Assembly: GCA_951406725.2 (NCBI GenBank)
Contig: OX597824.1
Span: 4,030,001-4,094,000, forward strand
DNA length: 64,000 nt
Source of the DNA: Octopus vulgaris
Lineage: Eukaryota
Direction of reading: 5' to 3'
Below the pieces are notes generated by a model, which made no database searches, had not been told where the DNA came from, and worked only from the letters and a program-made list of their open reading frames with translations. Shown piece after piece: positions 12,674-24,994 of the stretch (within the stretch, counting starts at the first letter, position 1; each line of letters starts with the position of its first letter). The position numbers and the translations under genes were made by a program.

Positions 12674-13120
12674 TGATACCAGTTGTAATGGCATGTTTAC
12701 CCATTTTAAACAGGGGCTCTTACAATACAGTTAACAGATAGCAATTTTAAAATCCCCTTATTTAACCAAAGGGGGCAATGCTCCCCAATTTTGTATCAAC
12801 ACTTATTTTGATATTTGGGGGAATAGTAGTAGTGGTGGTGGCGATGGTGGTAGTAGTAGAAGTAGTAGTGGCAATAGTGGTAGTTGTAGTAGTGTCTAGG
12901 ATTGTTGTTATAGTGGTAGGAGTAAGTATGCGGCTTGAGGGAATTAGCTGCTGTTGTTGTTGTTGGTGGTGGTGACAGTTGCCTGCTGTGTCGGTAGTGG
13001 TGGTGCTAAGGGTGTGTGTGTGGGGGTCTAATGAGGTAGGTAACAATCTTATGATATAACTTTACGCTCATCAGACTTAGCTCATATGGAAGGGAATGTG
13101 GCAATATTCCCTTCCATATC

Positions 13121-13212
13121 GGCTAACTCTGATGAGCGCAAAGTTATATAATTGGTTTGTTGCATAACATTCCATTCTATTCTTTACATGAAACCGATTG
13201 GTAAGATCAGCC
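13121..13212 (+). ncRNA. Hammerhead ribozyme with long loop II, overlapping a fold-back at 13054-13149
   Basis: GGCTAACT-CTGATGA-GCGCAAAG...CTTTACAT-GAAA-CCGATTGG-TA-AGATCAGCC. Confidence 0.65.
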
Positions 13213-13223
13213 GTGATGGATAT

Positions 13224-13378
13224 TCATCATCATCGTTTAACGTCCGTTTTCCGTGCTAGCACAGGCTGGACGGTTCGACCGGGGTCTGGGAAGCCAGGGG
13301 CTGCACCAGGCTCCAGTCTGATCTGGCAGTGTTTCTACAGCTGGATGCCCTTCCTAACGCCAACCACTCCGCGAGTAG
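13224..13378 (-). mobile_element. RTE LINE extreme 3' end
   Basis: Near-identical to the start of 59938-60330. Confidence 0.8.
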
Positions 13379-13676
13379 TATACATTTCAGATAATACACC
13401 CACTCTACTGACAGATATACAAGTACATCTTTTCCCTGATTTATGGTCTCTTAGATAACCACATATATATATATACACAAATGAGGAGTAGATAGAAAGC
13501 CAACAACTGATGAAAGGTCCTTCTTTATGTTACTTGTCCTGTTTTCCATTTGTTTCTCTCGTTTGCCTATTTACATGCATATGTATGTATGTATATATAT
13601 ATAATATAAGAATTTTTTGCGTAATGAGATAAAAAAACCAAAGGTGTGTAGATATTAGAACATTTATAGATTGAAG

Positions 13677-13728
13677 GTCTTACAGCTGTTTCCAGGATAT
13701 TTATTAATTATATCCCTTCATCAGAGAC
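13677..13728 (-). ncRNA. Hammerhead ribozyme in a Penelope-like pLTR fragment (~13600-13960)
   Basis: Minus strand GTCT-CTGATGA-AGGGATAT aattaataa ATATCCTG-GAAA-CAGCTG-TA-AGAC: full core, paired helices I and II, palindromic helix III, GUA cleavage triplet. Confidence 0.8.
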
Positions 13729-13954
13729 GGTGTGAGAGGATAGTTAAGTAATAATTAATTTAGATGGGATACAAAATAGAGAATGAGGTGGAGGAAAGAA
13801 AATAGATGTGAGATATGTAGAAATATTGAATTTGTAGATCCATTTTTTAGGCAGAATGGTATATATGTAAAATTCTAATACCTTATGAGTAAGATGTAAT
13901 GGTATTTAGCATTACCTGACACCTTTGGGTCTCAATGACACCATTACCTCTTAT

Positions 13955-13992
<38 letters not shown>

Positions 13993-14029
13993 CACACACA
14001 CACATATATACACATATATATATATATGT

Positions 14030-15162
14030 ATGAGGTTGAGTGACTGTGCTTGCAAAAGTCCTTCGACCAGAAGTTCATGTCTGGCCCCAACTGCGCTTGC
14101 ATGGCCTTTGCTGTGTGGTCCTGGGCACCATCCTTCTGAAAGACATACTTCACCTTCTTTGTGATCTTTCTCACCCAGGGCAGGACTTTCACGACCAAAA
14201 TGTCCCTGTAGTTGGCCATGGTGAGCCTGTAACTGGCTGTGAACAATACTGACAGCATCTTCTTGCCATTCAAAGCCACAGCACCAAGCATTATCATGGA
14301 GGTTGAGTGCTTTGTTGTGGACATGTAGTGGACCTCAGAAATGTCCTGGCCGAAGCTGATCATGTGGCTGTTCTGCTTGTTGATGACCAGATTGACTGTG
14401 AAGTTATTTTCATCAGAGCAAAAAATGAGAATGCGATTGCTATGAAACTTCGTCATTGAGAAAACAATGGCAGCACTTCCAACATTGTTCTCACATATGG
14501 TCGGTGAGCAGAGGCCTTTCCATGCACCTCAAGCTCCTGCTACCCTCCTCCTTGATGGCCCTAGACACTATGGCCACCAAGATGTTTGTTATTCTTTGCA
14601 AACACAGTTATTTTGAGTTTCAGATCACTTTCAAAGGCCTTTCACACAGCCAAATGGTTGACAACTTGCGGTTTGCCTGATCAAGGTCGATCTTTGAGGC
14701 CTTTCCCATACTTGAGCCTCTCTGTGACTCTGTGGACAGTCTTCTGCCTAACATCGAGCCACTTGGTAATGTTGGACTTGTTGTGGCCCGTGTGCAGGAG
14801 AGTGGAGATCTCAATTATTTTCATTTCCATCTGAATACACCTGAACACAATGTTAAAGATAAAGTAGAAAGATATATTTATTTTTCAACACTTAAATACT
14901 GAACAGCATATATTAAAGGATAAAATCCTTTATAAGAGCAGAAAACTTTGCCAGAAGTTACATTTCAATGCTTTAAAAACAAAATTATGTTTGTTTACAT
15001 ATGACGTAGTCTATATAACATCTAGCGTTAATGTGAAAGAGGTTTTAATGATGTGCTGGAAAAGTAGCGCGTTAAGTCTGTTTGATGGCACTTTTTCTAT
15101 CATACATGCTAACATCTCGAAAGACCCAAAACCAAGTGTTACAGGACTCTTACAAAACCCGG
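14030..15162 (-). mobile_element. Decayed Tc1/mariner-superfamily transposon, DD37D/maT-like
   Basis: ORF 13944-14456 contains IFCSDENNFTV, TTKHSTSMIMLGAVA and YVFQKDGAQDHTAK...FWSKDF (first two catalytic D regions). Upstream HTH-like region is frameshifted; TA|CCGGGT terminus at 15162; 3' end lost. Confidence 0.8.
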
Positions 15163-15394
15163 TACATACACAGAGTGATAAAAAGTGTGGTAAATATATA
15201 TACAGAGGAGAAAGGTATAAAATGGAGAGAGAGAGAGAGAGAGAGAGAGCTTGATGGAGACTGGTTGATCTAAAAGAGATTGGTTGATCTAAAAGTAGCA
15301 AATGAAAATCTTTGATTGACTCTAACTGAATAACTTGTCAGGACACAAATTTCGAAAATCAAATTGATTTTTCTTATATATATATACACACATA

Positions 15395-15710
15395 CAGACA
15401 GACAGGTAGATAAATAGACAGGTTGGTTGGTAGGTAGATAGAGAGACAGACAGATAGGTAGATAGACAGGTTGGTAGGTAGATAGATAGTTAGACAGACA
15501 GATAGACAGACAGGTAAATAGACAGACAGGTAGATAGATAGATAGACAGGTAGGTAGCTGGATAGGTAGACTGACAGACAGTTAGACAGATAGATAGTTA
15601 GATAAACAGGTTGGTAGGTAGATAGACAAACAGGTAGATAGGTAGATAGGTAAACTGACAGACAGACAGACAGGTAGACAGCTAGATAGGTAGACTGAGA
15701 GACAGAGAGA
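15395..15710. repeat. Compound (GATA/GACA/GGTA)n tract
   Basis: Read directly. Confidence 0.9.
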
Positions 15711-16795
15711 TTGATGTAAATGACTAATGAGCTTCCACATACTGTAAAAAGCAGTGTTTGAGTTTTGAACTGAAACACTTGAGATTAACTCCCTGAACAG
15801 CACAATCCTTCCCCCCCCCCCCCCGCCGAAACTGCATTCGATGCATTTGCTTGAATTGCATGTGTTTGTTAATATTCCAATGAGCAGCATGAAACTACGG
15901 AAAATGTTATGCAACAACCATTAGAGTTGCACTTCTCAACAATATCTGTAAATCTTATCTTCTTAAGCAAAGCCATAGATCTTCTTGGAAGTCTTAGTAT
16001 ATTTACAGATCCTTCCAGAAGCCATGTTTTCTACAGACATCATCTTAGTTTGACCTTGGAGCTATTATATCAACTTATCTGTTTAATCATCGCTCTAACC
16101 TCACCATTCAGTTGGAGTTTTGTTGGAGAGATAGAATGCAGCAGTCCCAAACTTCACATCACAACACGTTGCATCACAACCATTTGGTTGCAACAAAACA
16201 AGAATGCAGAACTGATGCAGATAATGTTCAGATTAATTAACACTATTGTTCCCAAGGCAAAGCGAAATATATTTGATGTGAGATACAGTTTACTTTCATC
16301 AACATCATCATCATCATCATCGTCGTTCTCGTCATCGTCATCATCATTGACAACATTGTCATCATTTTCATCATCATCATCAACATTATCATAATCGTCA
16401 TCATCATCCTCACCATAATCATCATCATCGTTATCATTGTCATCATCATCATCATCATCATCTTTGTCATTGTAGTTGACAACACCACCACCACCACCAT
16501 CATCATCAAAATTTTCATCATCATTATCATTGTCATCATTATCATCATTATCATCATCCTCCTTATTTATTATTATGATTAGAACATCCTAAAAAAAATG
16601 CCTTGTGGTATTTCTCTTAGATCTTTTGTGTCTTCAATTCAAATTTTGCCGATATGTCAGTTGTGCCTTTAAACTTTTTGGAGTTAACAAAACAAGGACC
16701 AGTTTAATTGACTATCCCGCTCCCCTAAAAAATTACTGACCCACTGCCAAGGTTAAAAACAATTCTCCTTATCATCACCATCCTCATTGTTGTTG

Positions 16796-16833
<38 letters not shown>

Positions 16834-16845
16834 GTTATTATTATT

Positions 16846-17070
16846 AAGGCAGTGAGCTGGCAGAATTGTTAGCACACCAGACAAAATGCTTAGTAGCATT
16901 TTGCCTGTCACTAGATTCTGAGTTCAAATTCTGCTGAGGTCAACTGTGTCTTTCATCCTTTCGGGGTTGATAAATTAAGTACCAGTTGAGTACTAGGGTC
17001 AGTGTAATCAACTAGTCCCCTCCCACAAAATTTCAGGCCTTGTGCTATAATAGAAAGAATTATTATTACT
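16846..17070 (+). mobile_element. tRNA-derived SINE with Nin/Deu-like central domain
   Basis: GAGCTGGCAGAA A-box, GAGTTCAAATTC B-box, CTTTCATCCTTTCGGGGTTGATAAATTAAGTACCAG domain and (ATT)n tail. Confidence 0.75.
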
Positions 17071-17089
17071 GTTGTTGTTGTTTTTTTTA

Positions 17090-17545
17090 CTTTTAATCTC
17101 AGTGTTTGTTACAATCATTTGTTGAGACACACCCAGCATCCTAAGGTGAGTGACAGGTAAGAGATTTTACAGGATGACTGAAAGCTTGGGGAGGGGGGCA
17201 AGTGGCAGGAGCAGTAAAGAAATATTTTTATGTAATACTACACATATATTTAAATTGATAGAGTTTTTCTTAGGATGTGGGCAGTACTTGTCAGAACAAG
17301 CTTTTGGGTTTCTCTAAGACATGGTTCTCCTGAGATGTTGTTTAGATGTTTCTGACATCCCTTTTTTTATCATACCCAGGACATCTACAATAACAGGAAC
17401 AGTTCTCACTTTAAGATGCCTCATCTTTTGTATTTCAATTTCCAGGTCCTTATATTTACTTAATTTGTCAAATTCTTTTATAGATATATTTTAATCAGTC
17501 GGAACACTTTTGTTAGTCTACATATGTTTTCTTCCTAGTCTTTAA
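17090..17545 (-). mobile_element. R4/Dong-like LINE 3' end
   Basis: Minus strand encodes KYKDLEIEIQKMRHLKVRTVPVIVD...QKLVLTSTAHILRK; same family as 27903-28272. Confidence 0.75.
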
Positions 17546-17624
17546 TGACTATGTTTTGTCAATTAGCTTGGATCGTTCTGTCAATGATGATTGGAAAATT
17601 CCAGAGGATAGTGACATTTTTACC

Positions 17625-17684
<60 letters not shown>

Positions 17685-17686
<2 letters not shown>

Positions 17687-18205
17687 GAGTGAGAGAGCAG
17701 TGCATGCCATCAAAGTGACACTGGGATACAAATATACGAAGCCTAGTATACCCATCATGACTACCCATCTGATAAGGGTACAGTGGCCACATGCATCACA
17801 ACATGTGCAACATGGTGGTCTCATATCAAGATAAATAGCGCATGACCTTGCAGGTTAGAGTTGTCTTCAGGTTGAATAGGTCCCTGAATAAGGGCTGTTT
17901 AAGGATGTTGAATGAAACACCCATGTTTCCAAAGGGGAATTATTGAAACCTCTAAGAATTCCTCTCAGTGTATAGCTATGATACTCCCCTGCTACTTCTG
18001 CTTGTGATCAGAGATACACATATCGTCAGCCACTAAGGGACATGGTCAACTGGTTAAGATCAAACAACTGATAAGCAAATCTGTGGTATTGAGCAGAATA
18101 TTTGCTGTAGCCCATCATTTATATCAAGACAAAACAATGTACATGATAACACTTCCATTCAGTTAAGATCAGAAGCCTTGAGAGCCACTGCCTGGTACTG
18201 CATCA
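17685..18205 (-). mobile_element. ~520-bp non-coding repeat ending in (AAT)n
   Basis: Highly similar copies at 26201-26815, 30433-30888 and 41794-42125; all end GCTCTCTCACTCA(ATA)n. Confidence 0.8.
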
Positions 18206-18224
18206 TCATCATCATCATCATTAT

Positions 18225-18995
18225 ATGTTTGACTTTTGATTTATATTTGTACAAGTTGAATCCAAGTCTCAACCAGAGACCTCAAGAGACAATAAGTTAA
18301 TGTTGGTGTTATGCCTATGGTGCCGTATATTTGGTTTTGCATGTAGTTTTGTTCTAGAGAATGTTTAAGAAACCATAATAAAATTATAAGTTTGGTTTAA
18401 AATTTGAGATTACATAGACAGTATTTTACGTAGGATATGGGCAGTTCCTATGAGCACTATCTTTTGAATTCCTGCCATTTTGAAGTTTCCTGGTATCTGA
18501 GCTAGGTAGGAATCAGCCCCTTTTGCTATCATTCCTAGGGCACCTATGACAACGGGTATTGTTTCAGTCTTGAGGTTCCACATTTTGCCAATTTCTATTT
18601 CAAGATCTTTATAGTTCCTTGTAGGTAGGCATTGATCTTGAGCTGCTATGATAAACCCTTCTGTTTCAGAGTTTAAGCCAGAGGCCATTAGCCATTGATG
18701 GGTCAGGGCTTTGTCAACATCTGCATTATTCGCTCTCTTTGGGTATTTGCCATTGAGAGGTTTTTCTTGCCATTTATCAATCAGAATATCTAAGGCAGCA
18801 GTTTTAGCACAGGTTTTCATGCACTTAGCTTTTTCTGTGCTTGTTTCTTGTATTCCGAAATTTGTTGTATTCAGAATTCACTTAGATATTCCTTTGCCTG
18901 TTTTGTTACTGAGTATGATGCTTTCTTGTTTTCATGTTTTGAGACAACTTTTAACATCAAGTCCTCAGAGTTTTCAGGTAGGTGTCTAAGCCAAT
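18225..18995 (-). pseudogene. R4/Dong-like LINE fragment with internal deletion
   Basis: WL..SGL.SETEGFIIAAQDQCLPTRNY is fused directly to YKDLEIEIGKMWNLKTETIPVVIGALG...IQKIVLIGTAHILRKILS; the zinc knuckle and first endonuclease motif are missing. Confidence 0.85.
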
Positions 18996-18998
18996 TGT

Positions 18999-19030
<32 letters not shown>

Positions 19031-19250
19031 ATTAAGCTTGTGAGCTGGCAGAATTGTTAACATGTAAATGCTTTGTGGCATTTCGTCTGTCTTTATGTTC
19101 TGAGTTCAAATTCTGCCAGGGTCGATTTTGCCTTTCAACCTTTTAGGGGTCGATAGATTAAGTACCAGTGAAACAATGGGGTCAATGTAAATGACTAGTC
19201 CTTTCCTCCAAAATTTTTCAGGCCTTGTGCCTTTAATAGAAAGGATTTTT
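19031..19250 (+). mobile_element. Nin/Deu-like SINE
   Basis: Same structure as 16846-17070. Confidence 0.7.
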
Positions 19251-19311
19251 ATTACTATTATTATTATTAGTAGTAGCAGTAGCAGAAATAGTAGCAGCAA
19301 CTGTAGTAGTT

Positions 19312-19358
<47 letters not shown>

Positions 19359-19892
19359 TACCCCTGTAGTTACTGAATGTTTTTGGCCAGGACTGGACTA
19401 CAATTTTTGCCGATTGTGAAGATTCCAATAATATAAGAATTTGTTATGAAAGTATTTTTGCGAGGGTTGTGAGAGGAGTCTCAGAAAATTCACATGAGTC
19501 ACATGTTTTATAAAAAACTGGTATTTTTTCATGAAATCTTTTACAAATACCTTTCAGGGCATGTAGGTTACGATTACATCAGAATTTAATATAAAAAAAA
19601 GAATTGGTGAGACGTCACACATCCATATTGATACAAATCACATATATCTACTGAATGGAAGGTGAAATTTCTAACAAAATGGCACTATATATGTATGTGT
19701 TCTCACTATTTTATTCTCAGATCAAATTCTGATGTAATCGTAATTTAAAGGTATTTGTAGAAATTTGCATTTAAAAATACCCATTTTTCCAAAAGTTACG
19801 AGGAAATAAAGCCAACGTGTGTGAATATTCTGAAACTCTTCACTTCCTCTAAAAACAAATTCCAGTATAATTGAAATCCACATCATCTAAAG

Positions 19893-20472
19893 CTGTGTTT
19901 CCCAATGTGGGATGTGGGAAAATTGGAGTAGGATGTGTGTTAGCGTGGGCTGAGAAAATTTTTGTAAGGGACATGAGCACACACTTGTTGACCCTAAGCC
20001 TATCTTTGGACAATGAAATAAAAACAAACACACCACCATGCAATATTTATACTTAAACCATGGGAATCGATGTAGCTATGACCAATCAGCGTACTGAGTG
20101 AGGAATCGGCATTTGTTTCTCTGTTTCAGTATCTATTGATTGACCAAGAGAATTATTGATTCATTTTCCTTCATCTTATTTGGTCAAACGTGGATTCAGT
20201 GCCGTTGACAATTTGCTGGAAGTCAAGAGAAACTGGCTTGAAATTATAAAATGTGGTGATTTATGGCTGAAGTTAACGAAATTATCTCTTCAAATGAAAG
20301 ATCTATTCCATATGCACCAGGCACAGAGTTCTTACTAAATGAGTCGAGGTATCTGTCAGCCAGGTAATTGAATTAGAAATCGTGTTTCTATATTAAAAAA
20401 ACAATATTGATGGGCACCAGATTTTTTGTTATTAAAAAGTGGGGCACTGGAAAAAAAGGTTGGGAAACACTG
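19893..20472 (+). mobile_element. Non-autonomous hAT (Charlie/Buster-like) deletion derivative
   Basis: TIRs CTGTGTTTCCCAA / TTGGGAAACACTG and a perfect 8-bp TSD ATCTAAAG (19885-19892, 20473-20480). Residual C-terminal dimerisation domain FPSSYLVKRGFSAV...KRN...GDL.L.LT...HQAQSS. Confidence 0.9.
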
Positions 20473-21609
20473 ATCTAAAGTGTATTTGTAGAAAATTTCA
20501 TTAAAAGTTATGAGGAAACAAAATCTGCTTTAACATAAGTAATTCTAAGATTACATTGCTATTATACATCTACTTATCAGACTGGAGTCTGGTGCAGCCT
20601 TGCAGTGTGCCAGCCCAGTCAGACCATCCAACCCATGCCAGTATGGGCAACAGGTGTTAAATGATGATGATGATATCAGCTTGCTTCACATCACTGTCAT
20701 TTTGTATGTAATAATATTTAATTATATAACTGCATGTTATAGATAAATAAATAATATACTTCATATGTTCAGTTTACATGAAAAGGGTGACAATAATGTG
20801 AATGAGATGCACTCAGTCTTTCACTACACATCAACGTAAAGAGGATAACGGTATTTCTGGTGATATTGTGTTTAGTAATGAATAGTAACTGCATTAAAAA
20901 TACATTGTAGTGTGTATATGAATATATATTTTATAAAATTTATAGGCATATACACATATATATATGTATATTATATAGATGTATATCTTTCTATCTATCT
21001 ATCCACCCATCCATCCATCTCTCGATCTAAATTTATTGGCAGTGTTTAAGTAGTAATTTTTCATTGCTTTACAAATGCTTGTTCTTTCAACATAATTGCA
21101 TTTCATCTTAGAGCTCTACTTTACATCTTCCATTATTGATGTTCAAGCTTCATTCATGTTGCTTGTCTTCCTAGCATTCCTCCCAGACGCAGAGCATACG
21201 GATAATTATGCATATAAGCTACAATAATATAGGATACAATGATATCAAACCAATGTAAGACACGGTAACTTAAAGACAGAGTGTTCGCACTAGTATGCAT
21301 GTATCATAGTCATCAACATCATCATCATCATTTAACGTCCATTGTCCATACTGGTATGGATTGGACTGTTTGACCAGGGCTGGCAAGCTGGAAGGCTGCA
21401 CCAGACTCCAGTCTGGAATACATATATGTAGATGTATATATAGATTTAAGGAAAAACGTTATGATCGAGAAGGTGAATCACAATGACCTTTTTGTGCGCA
21501 GAGTTTGTAACAGACCCTGCCTTACTTTTGCTGGGCTCAAATATCGTTTGCGAACCCATGGAAAACGAACCTCCACCAACTATTCTACCTGTATGTCTGT
21601 ACATGTATA

Positions 21610-21693
<84 letters not shown>

Positions 21694-22313
21694 AAATAAG
21701 ATCACTTATATAAATCCAAGCTGATCTAGGTGTATTTACACCCTTGTCAGCAATGAGAAATTTTCTTCATAACAAAACTCAGTGAAGGGCTTGTTTCTTT
21801 GTCCAAATATGCCAGGAGCATGCTTGAACTGGTAATGACATTGGATCTCAATTCTTCATCCAAAACATACAAGTATGTGTGTCATTGTTCAGTTTTATTT
21901 CTAGATTTCTTGCCAATAGAGAAAGAGCTGGTTTCTAACCTAGATCCAAGGCCCCTTCATTAGAATTTCAACATCAACAGCGTTTTTTTGTATGTTTGTG
22001 TGTTTGTATAAGTGCAGATTTGCATGTTTTATTTTATGTTATGTTTACTCATGCATACAGTTGCATATCTAGACATACTCATATATATTTAAATGATAAA
22101 CTTCTGGAAAGTTTTACAGATTTTTACTGTTCCAGTGATGGACTGGATCTGCAGTCTTCAAATCAGTTTCCTCCTTTCTGATTTTGAGAAGTCTAGGCAG
22201 TGTGTTACATATCCCAGTGCCCCAATAATTACAGGTATAAACCCAAACTTGTAATCTGGATAGAGTAACTGCAGATTTCTCAATAGTTCAGCATGGGTGT
22301 TCTCTCTCTCTCC

Positions 22314-22367
<54 letters not shown>

Positions 22368-22599
22368 TGAAAAGGATGATAATGAAACTAAGGGATGGAA
22401 ATGGCGTGGGGAAGAAAGGCAGTAACAGGGAGCAGAAGGAGTTAGGGGCTGTAATATGTGTAATGAAGGGATGAATGTTGTGGGGAAGCAGGGAGTTGGG
22501 AGATGAGATTTTGGAAATGCTTGACAGAATAGTATGAGTATAGGGAGTGCTCAGCACCTCAAAGCAGAGATAAAATGATTTTAGGATCCTCTTATTTGC

Positions 22600-22880
22600 T
22601 GCTATGCATGGGCCACTCGTCTTGGCCCTTTTTTCACCTCTTCCTTGAAATCAGCTTTCATTGCTTGATCCCAACGTTTGCTAGATTTCCCTCTTCTACG
22701 AGTGCCATCCTCTTTGAGCAACCAGCATTTCTTTCTGCAGATATCTTCATCCATCCACATCACATGACCAAACCAGTGCCATCTTCTTCTCTCTTGCACA
22801 TAGCGTCTGATTTCTCTTCAGCATAATTATTCTCTCGGTACATCAGTACTCTGTCGTACATGCACACTGATACTGCACGG
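22600..22880 (-). pseudogene. RTE LINE ORF C-terminal remnant
   Basis: QERRRWHWFGHVMWMDED...KKC...GTRRRGKSSKRW matches the RTE pattern RLRWFGHV.RM...RGRP...W. Confidence 0.7.
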
Positions 22881-22979
22881 AATCTTATGTGGACCCCAGT
22901 TGAGATCCACCGGTGGAGATGATTCTGTGTGTGTGTGTGTGTGTGCGCGCGAGATGGGGGAAGATGAATAGGCATAAAG

Positions 22980-23342
22980 ACAGACAGATATATCATTAAG
23001 ATAGATTGATAGAGATAGATAGATAGATACAGACAGGGAGAGAGGGGGAGAGAGAGAAATGGTAAGATAGACAGACATATCATTAATATAGATAGACAGA
23101 TAGACAGGTAGATAGAGAGATGGATAGATAGATGGATAGATAAATGGATAGATAGATAGATGGATGGATGGATAGATAGATAGATAGATAGATAGATTGA
23201 TAGATAGATAGATAGATAAATGGATAAAAAGATGGGTGGATAGATAGATAAGAGAGAGGGAGAAATGGGATGACAGATAGATAGTTAAATAGATTGATAG
23301 TGAGACAGATAGCTAGATAGAGTGAGAGAGAGAGAGAGAGAG
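22980..23342. repeat. Compound (GATA/GATG/GA)n tract
   Basis: Read directly. Confidence 0.9.
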
Positions 23343-24334
23343 CAAGGGTGGTTGGGTAGAATATGTCTAAATGTGAATTTGCTGAAACAGATGAAACCCA
23401 ACTAGATTGTTAAACATTCATTTGTGAAAGCCGCCTTGCTCCCCTGCCTCCTCCCCTGCCTCCTCCTCCTCCACATTCACTCTTGGGATTTCTGTCACAA
23501 ACCATTTCAGAACCAGGCTAGAAAAACATTGTTATAATGGAATTAATGAATATAAAGTATATGGAGTGTTCTTGCATTCTTCAGATTTCAAAATGCAATA
23601 GAGAGGAAAGTTTGAGAAGATAAACAGGAAAAAAATTAAAACAAACAAATAGATAAATAATAAATTAAAAATAAAAACAATATCAAAGCCAGAATAAAGA
23701 AAAAAAAAAAAGATGAAGAGAATGTTCAGGCACCATTTTCCAATAATTGGTGTTTAGATAGGAGCTGATTTGTAGAACTAGTCACCTGAGAGTTGGTAAT
23801 ATGTAAATGATTAAGGAAATGGATTGCAGAATCAGTGGAATTACCGATAAAATACCTGACATAATTTAGTTACCTTTCTTAATGTTGTGAGTTTAAATCA
23901 TCCAGATGAAGTCAACTTTGGCTTCTGTCTCCTGTGGCGGGTGGTTGATAAAACAAGTACTAGTGAAGTACCAGAGTCGATTTAATCAGATGGACCCTCC
24001 CCCTAAGTCTGTGGTCATGTATCAGTAATGTAAATCGATATTTGAATGTAGACTGGCCATGCGCCAATGGTGAAATCAATGTCGAATGGCTGTGTGCCAA
24101 TAAGAGAAATCAATACCAATACGTGTATCCTGGTTTTCAGAATAGGTTCACCATATTCCTGTATATTAAAAGAGGCAAGTAACAGGGTTGGAATCAGGAA
24201 GGGTAACTGCTTGGAAACGGTTGAATCGATGAACGTATTGTAGAATGAGAAAAGAAATTCGAATAAATAGAAAGCTTGTGTTGAAAGGCCGCAAAATGAA
24301 TTTAGCATAGACAATTAAAGTATTAGTAAGTGTG

Positions 24335-24692
24335 TGGCACCTTGGGCAAGTGTCTTCTATGGTAGCCTCAGGCCAACCAAAGCCTTATGAGTGGATTTCG
24401 TAAATGTTAACTGAAAGAAGCCTGTCATATATCTATCTATCTGTCTGTCTGTCTGTCTGTATGTCTGTATGTATGTATGTTTGTGTGTCTGTGTTTGTCC
24501 CCCCCAACATCGTCACTTGACAACCGATGCTGGTGTGTTTATGTCCCTGTAACTTAGTGGTTCAACATAAGAGACTGACAGAATAAGTACTAGGCTTACA
24601 AAGAATAAGTTCTGGGGTCGATTTGCTCGACTAAAGGCGGTGCTCCAGCATGGCCACAGTCAAATGACTGAAACAGGTAAAAGAGTAAAAGA
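24335..24692 (+). mobile_element. 5'-truncated CORE-like (OR-type) SINE
   Basis: GGCACCTTGGGCAAGTGTCTTCTA...GTAAAAGAGTAAAAGAG tail. Confidence 0.8.
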
Positions 24693-24961
24693 GATAGTAA
24701 AGAGCGTAAGTACGGTTGGAAGAATGTGGGAATAAAAGGTCAGATGGTCGTGATGGGGTACCAGAGCAAGGCCCACAAGAAGCAAGGGATGATAAGGGCC
24801 ATGAATATAGGAAGAAAGGTTGGTTGTAAAAATGGCAGGAGAGAATACCTGATAGATAGAGATGGGGATAGAAGTGAAGGTGTTGAGAGATGGTCAGGAG
24901 TGGAGGTACTGTTTGATGAGAAATATAAGTGTGGGTAGGAAGCAGTTTGGGGGTGATACAC

Positions 24962-24994
<33 letters not shown>

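Noticed and set aside
13500-13570. CTGATGA after CAACAA as another hammerhead
   Set aside because: No downstream GAAA or helix partners; at best a truncated pLTR.
21920-21970. Minus-strand hammerhead-like CTAATGA...GAAAC
   Set aside because: Core G5 is missing and helix I is weak; possibly a dead Penelope-like remnant but not supportable as a ribozyme.
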